Source: Mobula hypostoma
Taxonomy: Eukaryota
Direction of reading: 5' to 3'
DNA length: 60,000 bases
Assembly: GCF_963921235.1 (NCBI RefSeq)
Contig: NC_086097.1
Location: 31,436,001-31,496,000, forward strand
A program made the position numbers and the translations under genes. Each line of letters begins with the position of its first letter. The stretch's first letter is position 1. The notes beneath the pieces were generated by a model. It was not told the DNA's origin and ran no database searches. It was given only the letters and a program-made list of their open reading frames with translations. Below are positions 1-13,949 of the stretch, in pieces.

Positions 1-603
1 CCACTTTGCTGAACACCAACGCTCTGTCCGCCAGAGAAAGCAGGATCTCCCAGTGGCCACACATTTTAATTCCACATCCCATTCCCATTCTGACATGTCT
101 ATCCACAGCCTCCTCTACTGTAAAGATGAAGCCACACTCAGGTTGGAGGAACAACACCTCATATTCCGTCTGGGTAGCCTCCAACCTGATGGCATGAACA
201 TTGACTTCTCTAACTTCCGCTAATGCCCCACCTCCCCCGCGTACCCCATCCGTTATTTATTTATATACACACATTCTTTCTCTCTCTCTTTCTCCTTTTT
301 CTCCCTCTGTCACCCCTTGCCCATCCTCTGGTTTTTTTCCCCCCTCCCCCTTTTCTTTCTCCCTAGGCCTCCTGTCCCATGATCCTCTCATATCCCTTTT
401 GCCAATCAACTGTCCAGCTCTTGGCTCCATCCCTCTCCCTCCTGTCTTCTCCTATCATTTCGGATCTCCCCTCCCCCCCCCCCACTTTCAAATCTCTTAC
501 TCACTCTTCCTTCAGTTAGTCCTGACGAAGGGTCTCGGCCTGAAACGTCGACTGTACCTCTTCCTAGAGATGCTGCCTGGCCTGCTGCGTTCACCAGCAA
601 CTT
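1..603 (+). mobile_element. Penelope-like retroelement 3' end (GIY-YIG endonuclease C-terminus plus pseudo-LTR)
   Basis: Frame +2 reads HFAEHQRSVRQRKQDLPVATHFNSTSHSHSDMSIH...RLEEQHLIFRLGSLQPDGMN (stop at 221-223), typical of the PLE GIY-YIG end. A pyrimidine-rich tail and a hammerhead motif follow. Confidence 0.85.
518..553 (+). ncRNA. Minimal type I hammerhead ribozyme in the Penelope pseudo-LTR
   Basis: AGTC-CTGACGA-AGG(gtctcgg)CCT-GAAA-CGTC-GACT. Stem I is AGTC/GACT, both core boxes are present, stem II is 3 bp and stem III is the palindrome ACGT. Predicted cleavage after C549. Confidence 0.75.
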
Positions 604-815
604 TAATTCTGCCCCTATATCGTATGGTCAATACCAAGTATGGTCTCACCTGGATTTGATTCCTGAGGCCACAAGATTTTTGTCACATGCCTCGAGGTAC
701 AGTAAAAAATGACTTACTTAGCATCCATACAGATCAAAGCGTAGCAACAGTGAATTGAAGTAGCACAAGATAAAACAATAACAGCGTGCAGAATCAAACA
801 TTACAGAGAAACTGC

Positions 816-1100
816 TAGGGTGGTGCAGTCGTACATCGGTAAGCATAATGTCATTACAGCGTAGGCAACCTGGATTCAATTCCACTGTCGTTTGTAAGGA
901 GTTCCTCCATGACTGCGTAGGTTTCCTTGGGTGCTCTGGTCCCTACCACATTCCAAAGTGGACATAATATGTTGGCGCTATAAGCATGGCGAAACTTGCA
1001 AGCCACCACAATCATATCATTACTGTGTTGGTCGTTGATGTAAATGATGCATATCAAAACATACAGTGAAATGCAAGGGACAAATAAAGCTATTTTCTTT
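816..1100 (+). mobile_element. tRNA-derived V-SINE (HE1-like), degenerate
   Basis: B-box-like ggattcaattcc, V-domain gtttccttgggtgctctggt...ccacattccaaag, and aataaagc tail. Related copies lie near 13085, 19900, 22250, 24210, 24940, 33070 and 48110. Confidence 0.65.
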
Positions 1101-1148
1101 ATGCAGCTGTAATATGACATCCCAACTCTTGTACTCAATCCCCTGATG

Positions 1149-1778
1149 CAGTGGCTCCCACCATCCGGGCCACAGACCGATATCGGGCTGCGAAGCATGC
1201 AGGGGTGCAGTGATAGCCGGAGCGCACCCAGCACAACTTTAAGAAAAAAGACCAAGTAAACAAGCTAATTAATTAGGTGCTGCCTAGAAGCCAGTCTTTA
1301 TTACAGGAACTGAGATAGAGAGGGTCAATAACTTTACATTCTTCAGCAGTAAGGATCGACGTTTCTCTCTCTGAAAAGTGTCAGAGGATCTGTCCTGGGA
1401 CCAGCACGTAACTGTCATTACAAAGAAAGCACAGCAGTGCCTATACTTTATTAGTTTGTGTAGATTCAACATGTCACCTCGATCCTGACAGCCCTGTCTT
1501 TTCAGCCTGTCTGGGCTGACGTTTAAATTGACCAAACAATGGAACAGCTAAAGGCTCCAGCGCCCTGGAAAGAGAAGTGAACATCGCGTAGAGCAAGTGA
1601 AATCGGCAATCGCCTCTGATCTGGGCCGACATTTACGTGCCGGGCGGCACCTAATTAATTAGCTTGTTTATTTCGGCTTTTTTCTTAAAGATGTGCTGGG
1701 TGCGCTCCAGCTACCGCTGCACCCCTGCACGCTTCGCAGCCCGGTATCAGTCCGCGGCCCAGAGGTTGGGGATCACTG
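1149..1778. mobile_element. hAT-type MITE with long terminal inverted repeats
   Basis: 1149-~1284 and ~1643-1778 are reverse complements (CAGTGG...ctaattaattag / ctaattaattag...CACTG). The 8-bp TSD is ccctgatg (1141-1148) / ccctgata (1779-1786). Confidence 0.85.
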
Positions 1779-4131
1779 CCCTGATAGACAAAGGCAAGCA
1801 TGCCAAAGATCACCTTCACCACTGTATAGCATGTTGCTACTTTAAGAAGCTACGTACTTGAACCTTTGGTGGTCTCTGTTCTACAACACTTCCCAAGCCC
1901 CGCCATTCACTGTGCACGTCCTGCCCCAAAATACATCACTTCACACTTGGCTGAGTTCAACTGCATCTGCCATTCCTTGGCCCACTTTCCCAGTTGATCA
2001 AGATCTCTTGTACCCTGAGGCAAATTCTTTTCACTGTCCACCACACTTTAGTGTCATTCACAAACTTCATAATCATCCCAGCTACATTCTCAACTAAATC
2101 ATTAATATACACTACACACAGCAGAGGATTCATCAGCACCCCTAGTCACATCAGCACCCCTAGTCACATGCCTCCACATGAAAAGCAACCCTCCACTACC
2201 ACCCACCAACTCCTTCCACCCATCCAATTTTGTATCAACTGGCTACAGTCCATAAGAGGGACAATACCAGTACATAGAATTGAGAGGGGCAAGACAGGGG
2301 CTGGAAGGTAATAGGTGGAAGCACACGGTACGGGATGATGGGCAGACAGAATGAAGGAGGGAGGCAGTAGGTGATAGATGAAAACAGAAAAGGGACAAAA
2401 TACAGGTAGATGGCGCCCAGAGGAGAAGGGAAGGAAAAAAGGAGAAACATAGAACAGTGCAGCGCAGTACAGGCCCTTTGGCCTGTGATGTTGTGCTGAC
2501 CCTTTAGAACATAAAAAATCTACAACATGTACTTTATATAAATGTTTGTACTTTACTGTCACCAGACAATTGATACTAGAACGTACAATCATCACAGCGA
2601 TATTTGATTCTGCGCTTCCCGCTCCCTGGATTACAAATATTAAATATTAAAAATAGTAAAAATTAGTGAATATTAAAAATTTAAATTATAAATCATAAAT
2701 AGAAAATAGAAAAATGGAAAGTAAGGAGTGCAAAAAAAAAAACGAGAGGCAGGTCCAGATATTTGGAGGGTATGGCCCAGATCCGGGTCAGGATCCATTC
2801 AGCAGTCTTATCACTACAGGCCCTTCAACCCACAATGTTGTGCCGACCATGTAACCTACTCTAGAAGCTGCCTAGAATTTCCCTAACGTACAGTTGTATA
2901 TTTTTCTAAGCTCCATGTACCTTTCTAAGAGTCTTTTAAAAGACCCTATTGTATCCACCTCTACTGGCAGTGCATTCCACGCACCCACCACTGTGTGAAA
3001 AACTTACCTCTGACATCCTCCCTGTACCTACTTCCAAGCACCTTAAAATTATGCCCCCTCATGTTAACCCACCCCAAGATCAATCTAACACTCTCTTCAC
3101 ACACAACTCTCTATTTTTCTGTCATCCATGTGCCTATCTAAGAGCCTCTTAAATGTCCCTAATATATCGGCCTCTACCACCACCCCTGGCAGGGCATCTC
3201 ACACACCTACCATTCTCTCACAAAAAACATACTTCTCTCACATCCCCCTTATACTTTCCTCCAATCACATTACCGTCATGCCTCCTCATATTAGCCATTT
3301 CTTCCCGGCTGTCTAATCCATCTATGCCTTTTATCTTGTACACCACTATCAAATCATCTCTCATCCTCTTTCACTGAAAACAGAAAAGCCCGAGCTTGCT
3401 CAACCTATCCTCATAAAACATGCTCTCTAATCCGGGCAGCATCCTGGTAAATCTCCTCTGCTCCCTCTCTGAAGCTTCCAGCTCCTTCCTATAATAATGC
3501 AGAGGATAGCAGACACAAAACTAGACTTTTTGAACATTTGAGGGAACCACAAGCTGCTTATGCTTGCAGGAAAAGACAGTACTTGGGTGTCTCAGGAAAT
3601 TTAACGTGTTCCTGTTGACACGTAAAGCATGTGCCAGCAGGCTCAAAGACAGCTTCAACTCCACTGTTATGGTTCCCTGTAACGATAATATGGACTCTTG
3701 ACCTCACAGTCCACGTGCACTGCACCTTCTCTGTAACACCTGATTCTGCATGCTTTTGGTTTACCTTTTGATACCACAATGATTTGATCTGAATGGAAGC
3801 TATGCACGACAATTTTTTCCATTGTACTTTAGTGCGTATGACAATGATAAACCAATTTAACAAGTGTTATAAATGCCCTTAATCATCCTAATTGGATGTA
3901 TTACAGCTTAGTATAGCAACTGCTTTGCTCAAGAACGTAAGAGAGTCAGGGACACAGCTCAGCACATTACAGAAACCAGCCTCTCCTCCATGGAACGCAC
4001 ACAAAATGCTGGAGGAACTCAGCAGGCCAAGCAGTATCTATGGAAATAAAAAGTACAGTCAACGTTTCAGGCCAAAACCCTTTGGCAGGATTGGAGAAAA
4101 AAAGATGAGTAATAGGTTTAAAAGGTGGAAG

Positions 4132-4133
<2 letters not shown>

Positions 4134-4166
<33 letters not shown>
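4134..4166 (+). repeat. (GA)n microsatellite
   Basis: Perfect GA run. Confidence 0.9.
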
Positions 4167-4170
<4 letters not shown>

Positions 4171-5024
4171 CAGGGTGATAGGTGGAAGAGAAGATTTAAA
4201 CTTTTTCAGGATAGGCATCGTTGGAAGAGAATTCACAGTATAGTAATCCAATCACAAACAAGAGAGAATCTGCAGATGCTGGAAATCCAAGCAACACACA
4301 CAAAATGCTGGAGGAACTCAGCAGACCTTCTCCATGGACAATGTCTATATTTCTATCAGCTTCGGTACAGCAGCCAGTATAATCAAAGACCCTACCCACC
4401 CCAGACATTCTCTATTCTCTCTCACGCCATTGGGCAGACGATACAAAAGCTTGGAGGTATGTACTGCCAGGCTCAAGGACAGCTTCTATCCTGCAGTTAC
4501 AAGACTACTGAACGGCCCCTACTGTGTCAAGGTGGACTCTTGACCTCACAACCTACCTCGTTATGACCTTTCCCCTTATTTCGTGCCTGCCATGCACTTT
4601 CTCTGTAACCGTAACATTTTATTCTGCATTCTGTAATTGGTTTTTCCAAAGGAGATGTGAGGGGCAAGTTTTTTTTAAATAAACAGAGAGTGGTAGGTGC
4701 CTGAGTGGTGGTGGAGGCAAAAAACATTAGGATTTTAAGAGACGTCTGGATAGGCACATGAATCTGAGGGGAATGGAAGGACATGGACATTGTGTAGGCA
4801 GTAGGGATTAGTTTAATTAGACATTTGATTTCTAAATTAATTGGTTCAGCACAACATTGTAGGCCGAAGGGCCTGTTCCTGTGCAGTACTGTTCTACGTT
4901 CTATGCAATACCTCAATGCATAGATGTAATGAAATGATCTGTATGGATGGTATGTGAAACATTTTTTCACTGTAAATGTGACAATAATAAACAATTTACT
5001 GATCGATGGTTCCTTAAGGTTGTA

Positions 5025-5570
5025 ATAGGCAATGGTGGTAGTGGGGATAATCTCCCAGTACCTATTTAATGCTCCCAATGGCATGTATCTCAAAAGGCTC
5101 TGACAACCAAGTCCAGCTCCTGGCCTTCACGTGTAGCTTAGCAGCTAAGCCCAGTGGGACCATTTCTAGCGACAAAATAGGGGCAAAGGCAGGTTACCAG
5201 TGCCTTAAAAGCAGCCGATTCAGGCAGATGGAGCTCATCAGGGAGAAGGAAAACTCCAGTCTCAAACCTCCCCTGTTTGCCGCTATACCCCCTCATAGGG
5301 AAGGCTTTGAGAGTAAACCCCGAGGAAGAATCCGGAGCTGGAGTCTCTAAGACAGTTCTATGTGAGTTCAATGCTGACTGGCAACTCCTGCGATGCCAAA
5401 TGTGCCAAACTGTATCAGTCGCTGCCGTTTCTTTGGATTCATCAGCTGTGTGGAGAGGGGGAGCTTGCTCCATGGGGAACAGCTTGCCTCCAAATCATAC
5501 TGTCCTGGCTAGTGTATTACGTAGAGAGCTAGGAAGTAACATCCGTGGTCAACCCTAACCAGAGGGCCTC
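5025..5570 (+). mobile_element. Probable RTE-clade 5'-UTR-derived repeat
   Basis: The motifs ggagaaggaaaactcc...aaacctcc and aggctttgagagtaaacccc resemble RTE 5' regions as I recall them. No ORF support. Confidence 0.35.
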
Positions 5571-6173
5571 AACTGATTAATGCTGAATTTATGGAACAGT
5601 AGAGTCTACAATGATTCACCTATTTGGGGATATATAGGGATATTTATAAAGATAGACTGCTCCCATGTTCCCACTCTAGAGACCCAAGTGCACAAACCAA
5701 GACGAACACTCAGGAGATGCAATCTTTGGATGAGACCTACCAGATCCTAACTCTTGTGTGCCTGTAAGCAATCCAATGACTTGAAAGAAAGGAGTACAGT
5801 CCTCAGAGTCCAGTAGACGGAATTAAGTCACTGAACAATACCACCATGAGTTCATGATCACTTTGGCAGCTCCCAGGTATCACAGATGACAACGGTCATT
5901 TCATAACTGACAGTAGCTTTGCAAGTGAATCAAGGTTACACAACCTGCTGCAAAATAAAAGCTAACTTTCATGACATATCAGCAATAAATTCTCACTGCC
6001 AAATTTCTGGAGCTGTCAGTGATAACACACGATTCTGATTCCCATGTTATTTATACCCAGTGTATGTATGTCCACGACAGCGACAAACTTGAGCAAGGGA
6101 GGACAGAAAGTGAAGTTTTCATTTTGGCAGCAACTTTCACTCCGAAGGCTCCTATAAACTTAGGAGAGTTCTA

Positions 6174-6900
<727 letters not shown>

Positions 6901-7999
6901 TGATAAACAACGCAATATCCAGCAATATTTTGATGAATGGCTGGTCCTCAGCTCCAAATGTGCAAAGTTTATTATTATTATTTTGTAATTCAGCTCTTCC
7001 AACCCCCCCCCCCGTGGTTTCGGGTTACTAAGGTCCCAGAACATGCACGTGCTCCGAATTAAAGGCCCCGCATTGAGCTACAACTCCCAAAGCAAACTGC
7101 TGCAGATTAGAATTAAATTTATTATCACTGGCATTTATACAGTCACAGACAATATAAACATCACCAATAATAAAACTGATTCCGATTTGCCGTGAAATTT
7201 GTTGCTTTGCAGTAGCAATACAGCGCAATGCATAATAAAACATAATTACTATAAATTACAAAAATAAATTTTAAAAAATGCAAAAGATGAATAACGAGGT
7301 AGCACTCATGGGTTCATGGACCGTTTCAGAAATCTGATGTGGGAGGGAAACAATCAGTTCCTGAATCATTGACAGTTCAATCTCTGTATCCGTGCTACGG
7401 TGAATGTAGCCAGGATCTCAGCAGGAAAAGTTCAGGGAGATGGTAATGACAATCCTCAACAAAAACAAAAGTGATTCTACAAATACTGGAAATCCTAAGC
7501 AATGCACAAAATGCTAGAGCAACTGAGGTTGGGTGGGACTCCAACCAAAGGTCATGGGTTAAGGTGAAAGGTCAAAAATTTAAGCGGAACGAGGGGAAAC
7601 TTCTTCACCGTCTAGTGCACATTCTGGAGCAGAGGGTGGCGGTAATGCACCATTAAGCTGGATGCCAACCGCCGTAAAACAAGATACAGACAGACAAACT
7701 TCTTCACCTAGTGTCGAATGAGCTGCCAGCACAAATGGTGTATGTAAGCTCGATATCAACATTTAAGAGAAATTTGGATAGGTACATGGATGGTAGGGAT
7801 ATGGAGGGCTATGGTCCTGCTGCAGGTCAATGGGAGTAGCCAGTTCAGATGGTTCCGCATGAACTAGATGGGCCAAAAGGCCTTTTTCTGTACTGTACTT
7901 TTCTATGACTAATTCAGCAAGTCAGGCAGCATCTATGGAGAGGAATAAGCAGTCACGATTTCCAGCAACTGCAGAATCTCTTGTGTTTTCAATCAGAAT

Positions 8000-10330
8000 A
8001 CTTTCTACAGAGCATCTGTAGAAGTTTGTTAAGAGTATTTTGTGACGTGCCAAATCTCTAAGCTTCTGAGAAAGTAGGGGCACTGGCATGCCTTCTTCAT
8101 GATTTCATCAAAGTTCAAAGTAAATTATTATCAAAGTACATGTATGTCACCATATATGACCCTGGAATTCATTTTCTTGCAGCCATACACAGTAAATCCA
8201 AGAAACACAATTGAATCAATGAAAGACAGCACCAACAGGAAGGACAATCAATGTGCAAGACAACAAACTGTGCAAATACAAAAGAAAACCAGTAATGATC
8301 GATCGATCAATCAATCAATCAATCAATCAATAAGCAATAAGTATCGGGACATGAGATGAAGAGTCCTAGGTTGTAGGAACAATTCAGTGATGGGGCAAGT
8401 GAAGTTAACCCCTCTGGTTCAAGAGCCTGATGGCTGAAGGGTAATAACTGCTCCTGAACTTGGGTGTGTGGGTCCTGAGGCTCCTGTACCTTCTTCTTTC
8501 TGGCAGCTGCGAGAAGAGAGTATGGCTTGGGTGGTGGGGATCCTTGATAATGGATGATGCCTTCCTGTGACAGTGCTTCATGCAGATCTGCTTAATAGTG
8601 GGACAGCTTTACCTGCGATGGACTGGGTTGCATCCACTACTTTCTATAGATGTTTCCATTCAAGGGCATTGGTGTCCCAATGCCAGGCTGTGATGCAAAC
8701 AGTCAATATACTCTACACCACACATCTATAGGAGTTTGTAAAAGTTTTATATGCAATGCCAAATTTTCACAAACATTGAAGGAAGTAGAGGCGCTGCCGT
8801 GCTTTCTTTGTAATTGCACTTATGTGCTGAGCCCAGGACAGATCCTCTGAAATAATAATTTAAAGTTGGTGACTCTCTCTACCTCTGATTTCCCAATGAG
8901 GAATGGCTCACGCACCAGGGCTTCCTCCTCCTGATTACCGGATCCTTTGAATTACTGATGTTGAGTGAGAGGTTGTTGCTGTGGCACCACTCAAACAGAT
9001 TTTCAGTTTCCCTCCTATTGCTGATTCGTCACCACCTTTGATTCGGCCAACGACAATGATGTCATCAGCAAACTTAAACATGGCATTGGAGCTGTGCTTA
9101 GCCTCACAGTCATCAATACAAAGTGAGTAAAGCAGGAGCTAAGCACACACGCATGTGGTGCAACTGTATTGATGAAGATTGTGGAGATGTTTTTGCCAAT
9201 CTGAACTGACAGGGGTCTGCAAGTGAGGAAATCAAGGATCCAATTGTTCAAGGAGGTATTGAGGCCAAGTACTTGAAGATTGTTGACAGTTTTGAGGAGA
9301 TGATAGTATCGAATGATGAGCTGTAGTCATCAGGAACATCCTGATGTATGCACCTTTGCTGTCCAAATGTTCCAGGGTTGAGTGAAGAGCCAATTAAATG
9401 GCATCAACTGTGACCTGTTGTGCCAGTAGGAAAATTGTAGTGGATCCAAGTCACATCTCAGGCAAGAATTATGTTTCATCACCAACTTCTCAAAACACTT
9501 TCTCACAGTGGATGTATGTGCTACTGGTCAATAGTCTTTGAGGCAGGTTGCCATGTCCTTCTTAAGCACCAGTATAATTGAAGGCTGCTTGAAGCCGTTT
9601 GGTACATCAGACAGCCAAAGTGATAGGTTAAAGATGTTGGTAAATGCTCCAGCCAGTTGATCAGCACAGGTCTTTTAGTACTCAGCAAGATACTCCATCT
9701 AGGCTGGATACTTTCTGTGGGTTCACCCTCCTGAAGGATGCTATCACATCATCCTCAGGGACCGAACTCACAGGGTGATTGGGAGTTTGTGAATGTTCCT
9801 CCAGGACAGTCAAAGCAAGCAGAGAAGACATTGAGCTTACCCGGGAGCAAAGCCTTGCTGTTACCTATGTCACTTGTAAGAGGTAATAGCATTCCACAGC
9901 AGTAAAACATCCTTCAGTGATTCACCTTTGGTCCAGAATTCCCACTTCACACAAGATGGCTTTCTGGAGATCATACCTGGACCTCTCATACCTTACCTGA
10001 AGGCCATGGATCTGGCCCTCAGCAGACTGCGGATGTCATGGTTCATCCAGGGCTCTTGGATGGGGAAGTTTGTGGTGACATACTTGTCTATGATTGTCTT
10101 CATGACAACCGTGGTGTATTCATACAGATCCCCGATGAGCCTGTGAACATGGCCCAGTCCACCAACTCTGAGCAATCCTGCAACCACTCCTCTGCCTTCT
10201 GTAACCACTTCTTTCTTGTCCTTGCCTCTGGAGATGCTTTTCAGCCTTTGCCTGTATGTAGGTAAGAAAGGACGGCCAAGTAAGCAGATTTCCTGAAATG
10301 CAGTCTAGGCATGGAACAGTAGGCATTCTT
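8000..10330 (-). mobile_element. Rex1/Babar-like non-LTR retrotransposon, degraded and 5'-truncated
   Basis: RT remnants NWILDFLTCRPLSVQIG and QEPWMNHDIRSLLRAR, plus an endonuclease-end remnant AYCSMPRLHFRKS. Many stops. Confidence 0.75.
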
Positions 10331-10364
10331 AATTCATTCCATGCCTAAACTGCATTTCAGGAAA
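10289..10364. repeat. 28-bp inverted repeat with a 20-nt loop
   Basis: tttcctgaaatgcagtctaggcatggaa / ttccatgcctaaactgcatttcaggaaa, 27 of 28 complementary. Confidence 0.9.
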
Positions 10365-10409
10365 CCTAGATTATAACATCAACATGCTGGGCACAGGACA
10401 GGTCATCGG

Positions 10410-11737
10410 CCATGTTCCCTTTAAGGTGGACACGTGTGTGCCCGCACACATCTTTTGCTACTAGGACACAAAGGAATTTAAACTGCGCACAGAAGGTTGT
10501 CACCCTCTACCTCATTGCCATGTTAAGTATATTTCACAATTGTACACAATCACATTTCCTTTTCCAATTTCTAATGCAGACAGTGTTGACAACGTGGAGT
10601 TGGTGATGATTTGTCTGTAGACTTTAGAACTGGCTAATTTATACTGTTTTTATTGAAGAAATTATTGATTCACTATGTCAAGTTCCAAATAAGCAAAAGG
10701 GCGTGAAGTGCCAAAGAACTGCTAGTTCATTTAAAGTGGAATGGCTTAATGACCATTTCAAACAACTTTAAAAAAGTGAAAAGATTGATATTATTACATG
10801 CTGTTGTATAGTATAAGAGAAATAAGACTCATTAATGTGTATTATTTTATTTCTTTTAAACAATGAACAATTGGTCATTTCAAATTAGAGGTATAACTCC
10901 CTCACCGGGCTCGTATGCAAACTTGGCTTGTTAGCTACATCTGCTAACAGCCACCTGACTCAGCGGAGGGAAGGCCACCTTTCATAAACAATGTATGGCT
11001 AGGGTCGGTATGATTTGGGGTTCAACCAAATGAATGATGTTCTGATTAAAGAAACATCGATTTGAGTAAACACTGTGTAAATACTGGCCATACACAATTA
11101 TTGGTCGGCAAGAAGAATCGGATCACACACTGCATAAAATTACTAATTTCAGCTTTATCAAACAGTTATTACAAGAAAGAAAAGAAAAAAGGTAAGGTCC
11201 CATTCTGGTTACACCAGTCTAAATGTGCACATGACTGTTGGAGCTCATCTCTTCCAAAAAATGGATAAAACCGTTACTCATGGCACCAAACCCAGTCAGT
11301 GTAAAAGCGCCAGCCACAATCCGAACTTCCCTCAAAGTCTATCTTGAACAAATTGGCTCTTTCTCAGGGGTGCTTGCCCTTCTCCTTGGCGCCACTCATC
11401 TGCACAAAGCACTTCTTGCAACGGGGCTCTCCTTCCCAAGGCGTTCTGCGGCATCTTCCCTTCTGTCCCACTTTACAGCTCCCCCAAAAAGACCCCAAAC
11501 CAGACTACTGTCCATCACAAATCTCTCTCTGCCCCGCTCTCTCCAGAACTTTCTCCAGATCCCACCATTCTGTTTGGCTGACACAACGTTCCTAAGTTGA
11601 ACAGCCGGTCTTCTTACCTTAGCCAAATCCAAAACATTCTACTGCAGGTCATACTGCTTTTGCAGAAAACTGCTAAAGTGAAATACCTACATCATAGTAG
11701 TAGAAACCTTCATCAGGGCATTACAGAGGGAACATTG
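10410..11737 (+). mobile_element. Non-autonomous hAT-type DNA transposon
   Basis: TIRs CCATGTTCCCT / AGGGAACATTG. The 8-bp flanks gtcatcgg (10402-10409) / gtcatcca (11738-11745) match 6 of 8. Transposase-like N-terminal remnant CQRTASSFKVEWLN near 10710-10750. Confidence 0.6.
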
Positions 11738-12162
11738 GTCATCCAGGTAAATCAATGCCCAGGAATTAGAAGCTGTTGACCTTCTCCATCTCTGACCCAT
11801 CAATGAGAAACAGCACATGGTTTCCTGATTCCCGTCTCTGAAGTCAATGAAGCTCCTTTGTTTTGCTGATGCTGAGCATAAGGTTGTCATTGCAACACCA
11901 CTCAACCTCACTCACTCCTATCTCACTCCTCTACAGAGACTCATCATCACACCCCCACCCTGCACTGCCCATGACTCAGCCAGCTGTTATTGGCAAACTT
12001 GTAGATGGTATTGGAGCTGTGTTTAGCCACACAGTACAATGAAGGAAGGACCGATGTCTGCGAGTCTGTGAGTCCAGAGTCCACTGAGAAAGTTGGAGGC
12101 CCGATGTGAGTCCACGGACCCACTGGAGGCGGGAAGCGGCCTGTCCTGGGGCTGGAGACCTC

Positions 12163-12166
<4 letters not shown>

Positions 12167-12200
<34 letters not shown>
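12167..12200 (+). repeat. (TG)n microsatellite
   Basis: Perfect TG run. Confidence 0.9.
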
Positions 12201-12203
<3 letters not shown>

Positions 12204-13752
12204 AAAAGGGCTTGTTTTACTGTTGTCGTGTTTTGTGTTGTTCTGATGAACATGGACATTTAATAATTAAATCTGAATCTGGAATCTGAGATGATTCAGA
12301 TCCTGAATTTGAAAGAACAAACGTACAAATTAGGCGCAACACACACAAAGGTCAGCAAGTCAGGCACTACTTATGATGAGGAATGAACAGTCCACATTTC
12401 AGCCCAAGACCCTTCTTTAGGACTGAAATGGAAGATGCCAGGTGGTGGGAGGGGAAGGAGATTAGTTACCAGGTGATAGATGAAGCCAAGGGGTTGGGAA
12501 AGATAAAGGGCTGGAGAGGAAGGAACCTGATAGGAAAGGAGAGTGAACCATAGGAGAAAGGGAAGGAGGGCGTGATAGCCAGGTGAGAAGAATAAAAGGC
12601 CAGATGGGGAATAGAAGAAGAGAGGAGGGGGAAGGAAATTTCTTTCACCGAAATGAGAAATCAGTATTCATGTCATCAGGCTAGAGGCTACCCAGACAGA
12701 ATATAAAGTGTTGCTCCTCTTCTTCTGGCACAAGAGGAAGCCACAGACCAACACGTCGGAAAGGGAATGGAAATCAGAATTAAAATGTTTGGCCACTGGG
12801 AAGTTCCGCTTTCGACAAATTAGGAGCATGAGTGAAGCACTTGGTCAACACCACATTCCTTATAACCTTACAACCCCTTGCTTCTCAAGTATCTACCTAC
12901 AGGCACATCCCTCCCCACCACTGCTATTATCTGCAGGAAGCGCTGTCTCAAGAAGGCAAGGTCTATCATCAAAGATCTCCACCACCTGGTCCATGCCATC
13001 TTTTAGCAGCCACCATCGAGCAGGAGATACAGAAGCCTGAAGTCCCACACCACCAGGTTCAAGAACAGCTACCTCCCTTCAGATGGTATGGTGTCAGCAC
13101 CTTTACAGCACCAGTTGTAAGACTGGGCTTCCATTCCCACTGCTGTTCGTAAGGGGTTGGTACATTCTCTCCATGACCACATGGGTTTCAAAGTTCAAAG
13201 TAAATTTATTACCAAAGTCCATATATGTTTCAATCCAATGACTTGTTCTCTTGCGGACATACTCAATTCCAGGGTTAGTGAGCTGTGGACATACCAGAAG
13301 CGTGGCAACACTTGTGGGCTGACCCCAGCACATCCCCAGATTGTCTTAGTCATTGATGCAAAATAACGCATTTCTCTGTATGTTTTAATGTTTCAATGTA
13401 CATGTCACAAATAAAGCTAATCTTCAACCATTCAGTTCTTGAACCAGTTGGCAAAATCCCAAACACCGCCTCAGTATAGCAACACCATGACCACTTTGAT
13501 CTCATTGCACTAAAATAGACTTTGTTTGTTTCTTGTAAAATTAGTGTATAATTTATGTTTAATGTTTTTCTTGTGAATGCTGCTTATCAGATGCTATGTG
13601 CCTGTGTTGTTACTATAAGTTTTTCATTGCACATATGCACACATGTTCTTGCACAGATAACAAGAAATCAACTTGACCTTGATCCGCCTGAAAAAATATT
13701 CTAAGACTCTGTTTCTACTGTCTGCTCAAGAAGACCTCCAAAGATGACTGAG

Positions 13753-13756
<4 letters not shown>

Positions 13757-13789
<33 letters not shown>
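13757..13789 (+). repeat. (CA)n microsatellite
   Basis: Perfect CA run at the end of a Penelope-derived repeat. Confidence 0.9.
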
Positions 13790-13794
<5 letters not shown>

Positions 13795-13949
13795 CTGGAG
13801 GAACTCAGCAGGTCAGGCAGCACCTATGGTAAGGAATAAAGAGTTGACATTTCAAGCGGAGATCCTTCATCCAGCCTATCAAAACCTCTCAAAAACACTA
13901 AACAAACTGCTGGAAGATCTAGTGAGCCGACTAGCATTTGTGGATATCT

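Noticed and set aside
5095..5160. HDV-like ribozyme in an RTE-like 5' region (gctaagccc)
   Set aside because: I could only build a simple gcttag/ctaagc hairpin, not the nested double pseudoknot. A covariance-model search would settle it.
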